Positions 30,807 to 39,499 of a stretch of DNA of 64,000 nucleotides are shown one piece after another. A program made the translations under genes and the position numbers. The notes under the pieces are model-generated. The model was not told the DNA's origin. It saw nothing but the letters and a program-made list of their open reading frames with translations, and did no database searches. Each line of letters begins with the position of its first letter. Positions within the stretch are counted from its first letter, which is position 1. Source of the DNA: Candidatus Krumholzibacteriota bacterium (GTDB lineage Bacteria > Krumholzibacteriota > Krumholzibacteriia > JAJRXK01); the NCBI GenBank assembly GCA_024276305.1, contig JAJRXK010000058.1, positions 104,692 to 168,691 of the forward strand, written 5' to 3'.

Positions 30807-31630
30807 ATCCCCGATCCCTGGCCACGACCGAAGAGGCCCCCTCTTCCTCGACCGATGTGGAGCTGGACTCCCCCACCATTCTCGAGGCTCGGGGCATTCG
30901 TTTCGCCTATTCCGCGGAGGGCCCGGATGTTTTGCACGGGATCAGCATGGAGATCCCCGAGAACCGCATCACCGCGATCATCGGGCCCTCGGGCTGTGGC
31001 AAGAGTACGCTCCTGCGACTCTTCAACCGGATGAATGACTTCATTCCCGGAACCGACCTGCGGGGGGAGATCCTCTACCGTGGCGTCAATGTCTACGGGA
31101 ACGAAGTCGATCCGGTGGAAGTGCGGCGCCGCATTGGCATGGTCTTCCAGAAGCCGAACCCCTTTCCCAAGTCCATCGCCGAGAACATCGCTTGGGGGCC
31201 CAAGATCAACGGCCTCGACAGCGGCGCTTCTCTCGACGAGAGAGTGCGGCGTTCGCTCGAGCAGGCCAGTCTCCTCGACGAAGTCATCGATCGCCTGGAC
31301 GCTCCGGGAACCGCACTCTCGGGGGGACAACAACAACGGCTCTGCATTGCCCGAGCGATCGCGATGGAACCCGAGGTCATTCTCATGGACGAACCCTGCT
31401 CGGCCCTCGATCCGGTGAGCACCATGCGCATCGAGGATTTGCTCTTCGAGCTCAAGAAGCAGTACACCATCGTGATCGTGACTCACAACATGCAGCAGGC
31501 TGCGCGAGTCTCGGACTACACCGCCTTCCTCGAGAATGGCCACCTCATCGAGTACGGCGAAACCAATCAGGTGTTTACGAATCCACGCCAACAACGTACC
31601 GAAGAGTACGTCACCGGCCGATTCGGATAG
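30800..31630 (+). CDS. pstB: Phosphate ABC transporter ATP-binding protein
   Basis: [46 protein letters not shown], terminal GRFG. Confidence 0.96.
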   Translation: MVDPRSLATTEEAPSSSTDVELDSPTILEARGIRFAYSAEGPDVLHGISMEIPENRITAIIGPSGCGKSTLLRLFNRMNDFIPGTDLRGEILYRGVNVYGNEVDPVEVRRRIGMVFQKPNPFPKSIAENIAWGPKINGLDSGASLDERVRRSLEQASLLDEVIDRLDAPGTALSGGQQQRLCIARAIAMEPEVILMDEPCSALDPVSTMRIEDLLFELKKQYTIVIVTHNMQQAARVSDYTAFLENGHLIEYGETNQVFTNPRQQRTEEYVTGRFG

Positions 31631-31639
31631 GAGATTCCC

Positions 31640-32326
31640 ATGCCCAAGCACTTGCAGCGCGACCTCGACAACCTCAAACGCCAGATTCTCGACTTGGGCG
31701 CACTGGTCGAAGAGAGCATCAACGATGCCCTTCACGCCTACATCGACGACCAGCACGAACTCATCGAAATGGTCATCGAGCGCGACCACGAGATCGATCG
31801 CCGAGAGCTCGAAGTCGAGGACGAATGCCTCAAGATTCTGGCTCTGCACCAGCCCATGGCCGCCGACCTGCGATTCGTCGTCGCCGTATTGAAGGTGAAC
31901 AACGACCTCGAGCGCATGGGAGACCTCGCCGTCACCATCGCCAAGCGCTCCCGGATCACCGAACGAAAGCCCGATCATGTCGCCCTGGTGGACTTCGGTC
32001 ATATGCGGGAAGCCACGGTCAGCATGGTGCGCGGCGCGCTCGACGCCCTCGTCAATCTCGATTGCAACCAAGCCCGTGAGATCTGTGCGTCGGACCAGAT
32101 CGTCGACGACCTGCACAAGGCCAACTACAAGGCCCTCCGTCGAGCCATGAAGAATGATCCGGCCAACGTGAATCCCGCCGTCAATGCCCTCTCGGTTTCG
32201 AGAGCCCTCGAACGCATCGCGGACTTGGCCACCAACATCGCTGAAGATGTGGTCTTTCACGTGGAGGGAGACATCATCCGGCACGGAGGCGGCATCGAAA
32301 TCGACGAGGGCGAGAAGGACGACTAG
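31640..32326 (+). CDS. phoU: Phosphate signalling protein PhoU
   Basis: QPMAADLR, DLERMGDLA, ALERIADLATNIAEDV. Confidence 0.95.
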   Translation: MPKHLQRDLDNLKRQILDLGALVEESINDALHAYIDDQHELIEMVIERDHEIDRRELEVEDECLKILALHQPMAADLRFVVAVLKVNNDLERMGDLAVTIAKRSRITERKPDHVALVDFGHMREATVSMVRGALDALVNLDCNQAREICASDQIVDDLHKANYKALRRAMKNDPANVNPAVNALSVSRALERIADLATNIAEDVVFHVEGDIIRHGGGIEIDEGEKDD

Positions 32327-32393
32327 GCGGAACTTCGGGAGGATCGTCGCCGCGGGCGTCGATCCTCCACCCCGAGCAACCGTGGCCCCTCAC

Positions 32394-33188
32394 TCAGCCC
32401 AATCCCACCGAGATCACTCCTCCCACCAGGAGAGCGCCGTCGACGACCGTACTGGTCCACCGAGGAGTAGGACGATAGAGGGCCAGAGAGAGCGCCACGC
32501 AGAGGGGGATGGGAGCGAGAAGCGCGGACGCTCCCCCGAGAGCGAAGCCGATGGTGGCCCCACTCCCCGCCATCCCCCGCGCGATCCACCACACCCTCCG
32601 GGGACCGTATCTCAGAGCCTCGGCCTCTCGGTCTGCCGCATCGCAGGCCAGGACATTGGCTCCGATGGCCAGACCCAGGGGGAGGACCGTGGCCCATTCT
32701 TCCCCGCGGAGAGGATCGGCCACCCGACCCAGGTGGTGGGCTAGAGGAACTCCCACCGTCACCGCCCACCAGCTCAGCGCAATGTAGAGGGGCTTGAACC
32801 AGGCGACCCCTTTGATCCAGTGGTGGACCGAGGCCAAGAGGAAGACCCCCGCCAGAAGGGCTTGCACCGCGCGGGGCTCTTGCCAGGTGAACCACCCCGC
32901 GCCTCCCACGCAGACCAACGCCACGGCGCTGACCCACGGGCGGTGGGCCGCGAGATGGGCACTTCGAGCGGGGTGGGCCACGCGATCTCTCTGCAGATCC
33001 CGCAGGCGGTCGAGGAGGTAGACCCCCAGGCTTCCCAGGAAGACCAGAGCCAGAGTTCCCGGGGGAGGGTCTCCGCCGAGAGCGTGCGAGGCCGCCCCGA
33101 GCAGGACGGCCGCCGTCGCGGCCACCCCAACCCCCGAGTCGACGACCGCCACCTCGAGGACCATCCCCATCCTCTGCACTGGTCTCAT
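32394..33188 (-). CDS. UbiA-superfamily-like membrane protein
   Basis: Many TM helices with Asp-rich loops YLLDRLRDLQRD and NVLACDAADREAE. Start approximate. Confidence 0.6.
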   Translation of the reverse strand: MRPVQRMGMVLEVAVVDSGVGVAATAAVLLGAASHALGGDPPPGTLALVFLGSLGVYLLDRLRDLQRDRVAHPARSAHLAAHRPWVSAVALVCVGGAGWFTWQEPRAVQALLAGVFLLASVHHWIKGVAWFKPLYIALSWWAVTVGVPLAHHLGRVADPLRGEEWATVLPLGLAIGANVLACDAADREAEALRYGPRRVWWIARGMAGSGATIGFALGGASALLAPIPLCVALSLALYRPTPRWTSTVVDGALLVGGVISVGLG

Positions 33189-33332
33189 CCCCCCGATCCT
33201 CTCCAGATCGAATCGAAATCCTTGGAAAAGCACAAGATAGACCGATTTCGACCTCCTGTCTCGGTCCGGAGACAGGCCCCTGCTCCGGCGCGGATCACAT
33301 TGTTGGGAGTGGCCACGGAGAGGTCTTCCATC

Positions 33333-33351
33333 TATAATGAAAACCATTCTC
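33333..33351 (+). promoter_or_regulatory. Fur box overlapping the -10 element of feoAB
   Basis: TATAATGAAAACCATTCTC matches 15/19 positions of GATAATGATAATCATTATC and contains TATAAT; about 60 bp upstream of feoA. Confidence 0.78.
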
Positions 33352-33409
33352 AAGTAAGGGGCCCCAAGGGCCGATCCCTTGGTGAGAATCCCCTTCGAAG
33401 GAGAGCACC

Positions 33410-33637
33410 ATGACCTGCCTGAGTGATTTGCCGGTGGGAGCCCGCGCCCGCGTCGTCGAGATCGGTGGTGAACGGAACTTTCGCCGTCGCCTCATGGAGC
33501 TCGGCTTGTTGCCGGGCACCCCGGTGCGCCTCGTCCGCAAAGCGGACATCGGCGGCATCCTCGAGGTCGAAGTCCGCGGCTGCCATCTGAGTCTCCGTCA
33601 AGCCGAGGCCCGGCACCTGGTATTGCAGCCATCATGA
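33410..33637 (+). CDS. feoA: Ferrous iron transport protein A
   Basis: LSDLPVG...RRRLMELGLLPG...LSLRQAEA; AGGAG RBS. Confidence 0.93.
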   Translation: MTCLSDLPVGARARVVEIGGERNFRRRLMELGLLPGTPVRLVRKADIGGILEVEVRGCHLSLRQAEARHLVLQPS

Positions 33638-35835
33638 CCCCCGCCGCTGCCACCGCTCCCGCGCTGGTGGCCATCGCGGGAAACCCCAACGTCGGCAAGA
33701 CCTCCGTATTCAACCGCCTCACCGGACTCGATCTCAAAGTCACCAACTATCCCGGGGTCACCGTCGAGCGGCAGGAAGGCCGTCTGGATCTGGGTCCGCA
33801 CCTCCAGGCCCGCATCCTGGACGTCCCCGGAACCTACAGCCTGAGCAGCCGCAGTGCCGAAGAACAGATCGCCATCAGCGCCATCACCGGGATCCCCCCC
33901 TACGAGCGCCCCGATCTGGTGATCATGGTCATCGACGCCACCCAACTCAGTCGCAATCTCTATCTCCTGCTCCAAGTCCTCGAGACCAAGGTTCCGACTG
34001 TGGTCGCGCTCAACATGATGGATGTGGTCCAACGGCGGCGGCAACGCATCGACGTGCGCCGCCTCGAGGCCGAAATCGGAGTGCCGGTGGTCGAAGTCTC
34101 CGGCAACCGCGGCACCGGAATCGACACCCTCCGGGCCACGGTGGTCGAAGTCCTCTCTCATCCCGACCGCGGAATTCCCGGGTGGCGGTGGCGCCCGGAG
34201 CACCCCGCACTGCTCGAGGACATCGACCGGGTGGGGCGCGCCTTTCCCGAATCCTGGAGCGGCGGCGACCCAGAGCGGGCCTGGGCCTGGGGAATGTGGG
34301 CTCTGCTCAGCGTCGACGAGAGCGACGAGCTCGAGGGGATCCCCGAGACCGTCCGCCGCGAGGTGCTCGACCGTATCCGCCGAGCCGAGGCCGAAGGGCG
34401 ACAGATCGAGACCGAGGTCATCCAGGGGCGCTACGAGTGGATCGATGAGCACATCACCGGACTGCTGAGCGGCGACCTCGAATCCAAGACCCGCACCGAG
34501 CACTTCGACTCGGTCCTCCTCCATCCCGCCTGGGGCTTCGCCCTCTTCCTGCTGGTGATGGCGATCGTCTTCCAATCGCTCTTCAGTTGGGCCAATCCTC
34601 TCATCGACGGCATCGATGGAGCATTCTCGTGGCTCGGTACGGGCATCGAAGGCCATCTCGGTCCGAGTCTCTTCCGTGATTTTCTGGTCAACGGGGTGAT
34701 TGCCGGAGTGGGGAGCGTGGTCGTCTTTCTTCCACAGATCCTCCTGCTCTTCTTCCTCATCGGGATGATGGAGGATTCGGGCTACATGGCCCGAGTGGCC
34801 TTTCTCATGGACCGGATCATGAAGAGACTGGGCCTGCACGGGCGGGCCTTCGTGCCCATGCTCTCGGGCTATGCCTGCGCGGTTCCCGCCATCATGGCCA
34901 CTCGCACCATGGAACGCCGGCGGGATCGCATGGTCACGATGATGGTCATCCCCCTGATGACCTGCTCTGCCCGCCTGCCGGTCTACACCCTCCTCATCGC
35001 AGCCCTCTTCCCTCCCCGACGCATCGCGGGCATCTTCGGAGTGCAGAGCGGCCTGATGGTCGCCATGTACCTCTTCTCGACCGTCGTGGCGCTCATCGCC
35101 GCCGGCGTCCTGGGGCGTTTCGTATTCAAGGGCCAGAACGTCCCCCTGCTCATGGAGCTCCCCCCCTATCGGGTGCCGCATTGGGGAAGTGTGGTCCGGA
35201 TGATGTGGCAGCGGGCATCGCTCTTCCTGAACGAAGCGGGCCGCGTCATTCTGCTCTGCACCATCGGCCTGTGGATCCTCCTCAGCTTCCCTCGTCACCC
35301 AGTCCTCGACGTCGACTACGATGCTCTCCGCACCGAGGTCGGGGCCAACCCGGATTCGAACGCCCGGACCCTCGCCCTCGGGGAGCTCGACGCTCGCGAA
35401 TCGAGTGATCGTTTCCTCCGCAGCTACGGAGCCCGGCTGGGACACTTCATCGAGCCGGTGATCGAGCCCCTCGGTTTCGACTGGAAGGTCGGCATCGGAC
35501 TCATCGGCGCTTTCGCCGCCCGCGAGGTCTTCATCAGCACCCTCGGCGTGGTCTATGGAATCGAGAGCGGGGTCGACGAACACTCCAGCACCCTGCGGGA
35601 GAAGATCCGGGCCGAAGTCCGGGCCGATGGCAGCCCCCTCTACACTCCGCTCATGGGACTGTCCCTGATGATCTTCTTCGCCCTCTCGTGCCAGTGCATG
35701 TCCACCCTGGCGGCGGTCTACCGGGAGACCAAGACGATTCGCTGGCCGCTCTTTCTCTTCGCCTACATGACCACCCTCGCCTGGACCGTGAGTTTCGCCG
35801 TCTACCAGGGCGGATTGCTCCTGGGATTGCGGTGA
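33634..35835 (+). CDS. feoB: Ferrous iron transport protein B
   Basis: GNPNVGKTS, NYPGVTVE, DVPGTY, NMMD, EDSGYMAR, CSARLPVY, AREV. Confidence 0.96.
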   Translation: MTPAAATAPALVAIAGNPNVGKTSVFNRLTGLDLKVTNYPGVTVERQEGRLDLGPHLQARILDVPGTYSLSSRSAEEQIAISAITGIPPYERPDLVIMVIDATQLSRNLYLLLQVLETKVPTVVALNMMDVVQRRRQRIDVRRLEAEIGVPVVEVSGNRGTGIDTLRATVVEVLSHPDRGIPGWRWRPEHPALLEDIDRVGRAFPESWSGGDPERAWAWGMWALLSVDESDELEGIPETVRREVLDRIRRAEAEGRQIETEVIQGRYEWIDEHITGLLSGDLESKTRTEHFDSVLLHPAWGFALFLLVMAIVFQSLFSWANPLIDGIDGAFSWLGTGIEGHLGPSLFRDFLVNGVIAGVGSVVVFLPQILLLFFLIGMMEDSGYMARVAFLMDRIMKRLGLHGRAFVPMLSGYACAVPAIMATRTMERRRDRMVTMMVIPLMTCSARLPVYTLLIAALFPPRRIAGIFGVQSGLMVAMYLFSTVVALIAAGVLGRFVFKGQNVPLLMELPPYRVPHWGSVVRMMWQRASLFLNEAGRVILLCTIGLWILLSFPRHPVLDVDYDALRTEVGANPDSNARTLALGELDARESSDRFLRSYGARLGHFIEPVIEPLGFDWKVGIGLIGAFAAREVFISTLGVVYGIESGVDEHSSTLREKIRAEVRADGSPLYTPLMGLSLMIFFALSCQCMSTLAAVYRETKTIRWPLFLFAYMTTLAWTVSFAVYQGGLLLGLR

Positions 35836-36596
35836 CCGAAGAGCAGCTGCAACTCTACCTCGACCGCCTGGGGTGGACCTCCCCGCCGGAACCGACCACA
35901 TCCACGCTGCAGGATCTTCACGCAGCTCACCTCCGGCGGATTCCCTTCGAGTGCCTCGATGTCTGTCGAGGAATCGACCTGAGCCTCGACCTCGACATGC
36001 TCTGTGACAAGATCCTCCGTCGGAGACGAGGGGGATTCTGCTACGAACTCAACACTCTCTTTGCCCACCTGCTCGCTGGGTTGGGCTATGCCGTCGACCT
36101 GCTGAGCGCGCAGGTGATGAATCCCGACGGAGTGCTCGGACCTCCCTTCGACCACCTCGCGCTGCGAGTGAAGGGAGAAGAGGCGCTTCTCTGCGATGTG
36201 GGCTTTGGCCAGAGCTTCCTTCTGCCTCTGCCCTTCGATCGGCGCCATCTCTCCGATGCTTTCGGAGAGCATCGCCTCGTGGAGCAAGGGCCCCACTCCC
36301 TCTGGCTGGAGCGGAAGGAAGATGCGCAGTGGAGGAAGATCTATCTCCTCGATCTCCGCGCACGCGATCTCGAGGAATTCACCGAGATGTTCCTCTACCA
36401 CCAGAGGAACGAGGCATCCCCCTTTCCCCGTACCTTCCTCGCGACCATCGCGACCGAGAATGGCCGCCGGACCGTCCGTGACATGGACTGCATCGAGACC
36501 CAGGGCCCCGAGCGCAAACGCCGTCGTTTCCGCAACGAGGACGATCGCCGGGCCTATCTTCGCACTCACATGGGTGTCGAGATCGAAGAAGTCTAG
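35832..36596 (+). CDS. Arylamine N-acetyltransferase family protein
   Basis: YLDRLG, HLRRIPFE, RRRGGFCYELN (Cys), DHLAL (His), DVGFG (Asp); GTGA overlap with feoB. Confidence 0.9.
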   Translation: MTEEQLQLYLDRLGWTSPPEPTTSTLQDLHAAHLRRIPFECLDVCRGIDLSLDLDMLCDKILRRRRGGFCYELNTLFAHLLAGLGYAVDLLSAQVMNPDGVLGPPFDHLALRVKGEEALLCDVGFGQSFLLPLPFDRRHLSDAFGEHRLVEQGPHSLWLERKEDAQWRKIYLLDLRARDLEEFTEMFLYHQRNEASPFPRTFLATIATENGRRTVRDMDCIETQGPERKRRRFRNEDDRRAYLRTHMGVEIEEV

Positions 36597-38650
36597 GCCA
36601 ATCGGGCCAGGGCGTCGTGGCTGCCCACCACCACGATTTCGTCGCCGAGTTCGAGCATGGTGTCGGGACCGGGTACGAGTTCGATGGTTTCCCGATCGCG
36701 GTGCGGAGAGGGTCGTCGCACCAAGACCACCTGCACCCCGAATCGATTGCGAACGTCGAGTTCGCCCAGCGTGTGGTGGGCGAAACGACCGGGCACGCTG
36801 ATTTCGCGCATCCAATGCCCGTCGCCGAGAAAGACCTCGCTGTTCTTCGAACTCGAGAGGTCGCTCGCCATCTCGCTGACCATGTCCCGCTTCATCAACT
36901 CGCGGTTGTAGGCCTCCAAGAGATGAGCCCTCGAAACCGTCCCCTTCCACCGCATGGTCTCGAGATCTTCGACCACGGGCAGCTCTTCCCGATTCTTCCC
37001 TCCGAAGATGCGCATCACCGCATCGAGGTCCTGCCCCGGAGTGACCACCGGAACATCCTTGCGAGCGAGGTCCTCGGCGATGACCAGATCCCGCAGAGCC
37101 TCGGCCTGCAACATGGCCTGTCGCATCTCCAGAGTTCCGATGACTCCCTGGAAACGCCCTTCGTCGTCCACTAGATAGTAGTATTCGTGATTCGACCGAG
37201 AGGCCTCGTCGATGATGGCGGCCAGCTTCATGGTTGGGTCGAGGGTCACCGCATTCTCACTCATGACATCGGCCACACTCAACGAGCGCAAGACGTTCAG
37301 CTCCCGTCCGGCGCTGATGTCGATCCCCCGGCGCAGGAGCTTCAAGGTGTAGATGCTGCCCTTGCCCATCCATCGAGTCGTGAGGTTCGCCAGGATGCAA
37401 GCGCCCATGATCGGAACGATGAGTCCATAATCGTGGGTCAGTTCGAAGATGATGAGGATGGCGGTGATGGGAGCATGGGTCGCTCCAGCCACCACTGCTC
37501 CCATGCCGACCAGGGCGTAGGCGCCGGGCTCGCCGGTGATTCCGGGAGCGATTCTCGTGACCGCGGCTCCGAAAAGGCCCCCCGCGGCTGCGCCCACGAA
37601 GAGCGATGGGGCGAAGACTCCTCCCGATCCACCGCTGCCGATGGTGACGGAGGTCGCGAAGATCTTGATGACCAGGAGAGTTGCCAGGAGGGTCCACCCG
37701 AGATCTCCCCGCAGCGCGGCCTCGATGGTCTCGTATCCTCCCCCGAAAACCTCCGGCCGGAAGATGCCAATGGCCCCCACGATGAGTCCGCCGATGGGGG
37801 TGAGGATCCACGAAGGACCGGGAATTCGGTCGCAGAGGTCTTCGAATCCGTAGAGCACCCTCACGAAGACGAAGGCCACTCCAGCGGCGACGATGCCGAG
37901 GAGTAGAAAGAAGACCAGCTCGAGAGGGTGGGCCATGTCGTAGCGCGGGGCCACGAAGGCCGGGGTGTCACCGAGATAGGCCCGCGACACCACCGTCGAG
38001 ACCACCGACGCGATCACGATGGGACTGAACTGGCTCACCCCGAAATCGCCCAGGATGATCTCGACCGCGAAGAGAGGACCCGCAATGGGAGCGTTGAAGG
38101 TCGCAGCAATCCCCGCGGCCGCGCCACAACCCACCAGGGTCCGCAATCGCCGTCCGCTCACCTTCAGCCATTGGCCGAAGATCGATCCCATCGCGGCACC
38201 GATCTGGACGATGGGGCCCTCCCTCCCCACCGAGCCACCGCTGGAAATCGACAGGGCGGAGGCCACGCTGCGCAACAGGACCGTCTTGGCGGTCATGACC
38301 CCCGCGCTGCGGGCGACCGTCTCCATGACCTCGGGCACTCCGTGCCCCTTCGCCTCGCGCGGCCAGAAGTAGGCCAATGGAGCCACCAGAGCCCCGCCGA
38401 TGGCCGGCACCAAGAGAATCCACCAGTCCGAATGCCCCCGCACCACATCGAGGTTGGTGACCCACTCCCCCCAGGCGAGTCGCTGGAGGAGCTGGATGAG
38501 CCGCCGGAAGCCCACCGCGCCGTAGCCTGCCAACACTCCGATGACCAGGGCGGCCACCACCATGAAGGTGGCTTCCGGCATCCGGAATCGGGCCAGGGGG
38601 CCCCCGAGAGTGTGCTCGGTGCCCATGAGATGCGGCTTGGGAACTTGCAT
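36593..38650 (-). CDS. CLC chloride channel/antiporter with CBS pair and C-terminal TrkA-C (RCK_C) domain
   Basis: GHGVPE, GSVGREGP, FNAPIAG, GSGGVFAPSLFVG, two CBS domains, then 'TLGELDVRNRFGVQVVLVRR...PGPDTMLELGDEIVVVG'. Start approximate. Confidence 0.9.
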   Translation of the reverse strand: MQVPKPHLMGTEHTLGGPLARFRMPEATFMVVAALVIGVLAGYGAVGFRRLIQLLQRLAWGEWVTNLDVVRGHSDWWILLVPAIGGALVAPLAYFWPREAKGHGVPEVMETVARSAGVMTAKTVLLRSVASALSISSGGSVGREGPIVQIGAAMGSIFGQWLKVSGRRLRTLVGCGAAAGIAATFNAPIAGPLFAVEIILGDFGVSQFSPIVIASVVSTVVSRAYLGDTPAFVAPRYDMAHPLELVFFLLLGIVAAGVAFVFVRVLYGFEDLCDRIPGPSWILTPIGGLIVGAIGIFRPEVFGGGYETIEAALRGDLGWTLLATLLVIKIFATSVTIGSGGSGGVFAPSLFVGAAAGGLFGAAVTRIAPGITGEPGAYALVGMGAVVAGATHAPITAILIIFELTHDYGLIVPIMGACILANLTTRWMGKGSIYTLKLLRRGIDISAGRELNVLRSLSVADVMSENAVTLDPTMKLAAIIDEASRSNHEYYYLVDDEGRFQGVIGTLEMRQAMLQAEALRDLVIAEDLARKDVPVVTPGQDLDAVMRIFGGKNREELPVVEDLETMRWKGTVSRAHLLEAYNRELMKRDMVSEMASDLSSSKNSEVFLGDGHWMREISVPGRFAHHTLGELDVRNRFGVQVVLVRRPSPHRDRETIELVPGPDTMLELGDEIVVVGSHDALARLA

Positions 38651-38723
38651 GATCGCCGCATGATGGGGGAATCTGAGCCGATGCGCCACCCCTCAAAACG
38701 GCCGGAATGTCCACCGCCCGCCT

Positions 38724-39440
38724 TCAACCCCTGCGGTGACCCAGGAGATACAGGCCGAGATCGCCGCTGTCCCCGTCACTCCTCCAGGAATGGTCCACCT
38801 CCAGGCCCGCTCCTTCGCAGAGGCTGCGCAGCTCCTCTTCCTCGAAGTGATGCACGTAGCGCAGGGCCCGGGTTCCGCGGCGCCAGTCGATAAGGAGGTC
38901 GCCCGGATCCACCTCCGCTTCCCGAAGTCCGATCTCCGCCCAATCCACCAGCCGCCGCCGAAAGCGCGGGCGATGGAGGACCTGCCACACCGACAGAATC
39001 CACACCCCATCTTCCGACAGCACTCCTTGCAGACTCTTCAGAAAAGCCTGGCGTCGGCTCGAAGTCGGGAGGTGATGCAGCACCGAGAAGCTCACCACCG
39101 CGTCGAAGGGCCTCTCGAACCATTCGGCCGGCCAGCTCTGGTCCAGGAGATCGCAGTGGACCGCCTGCATCGAAGCTCCGAAGGCCCCTTGTTCCAACAG
39201 AGCGTCGCAGACATCGGCACCGACGTAGGACCGCGAAGCCTCGCTCCCACCCACCCACGCCCGGCCGAAGCGACCGTCGCCACATCCCAGATCGAGGAGT
39301 CGGCGTCGGTCCGTCACGAGGTCGAGGGCTCGAAGGAGGCCTGGCTGGAGCTTCTGCCGCGACCGGGAGAACTCCTCCGCAGTCCGTCGATAGAACTCCC
39401 GATTCAGCTCCAAGAGCTTGGTCGCAGTGGCTTCTTCCAC
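38724..39440 (-). CDS. Class I SAM methyltransferase, Trm9/ALKBH8-like (putative tRNA cm5U34 methyltransferase)
   Basis: FY...AEEFSRSR, LDLGCGDGR, GAD, FDAVVSFSVLHHLPT..RR, ILSVW, GDLLIDW, LRYVHHFEEEEL, in the same order as the Trm9 motifs I recall. Confidence 0.78.
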   Translation of the reverse strand: MEEATATKLLELNREFYRRTAEEFSRSRQKLQPGLLRALDLVTDRRRLLDLGCGDGRFGRAWVGGSEASRSYVGADVCDALLEQGAFGASMQAVHCDLLDQSWPAEWFERPFDAVVSFSVLHHLPTSSRRQAFLKSLQGVLSEDGVWILSVWQVLHRPRFRRRLVDWAEIGLREAEVDPGDLLIDWRRGTRALRYVHHFEEEELRSLCEGAGLEVDHSWRSDGDSGDLGLYLLGHRRG

Positions 39441-39499
39441 GCTTCCCTCGCTATACTGGGGTCCGATCTCCGCTCACCCCTGCCCACCGCGGTGTGACC
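39441..39499. promoter_or_regulatory. Compact divergent promoter region of the methyltransferase and elp3
   Basis: 59-bp gap; TATACT on + at 39452-39457 overlaps TATAGC on the minus strand. Confidence 0.4.
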
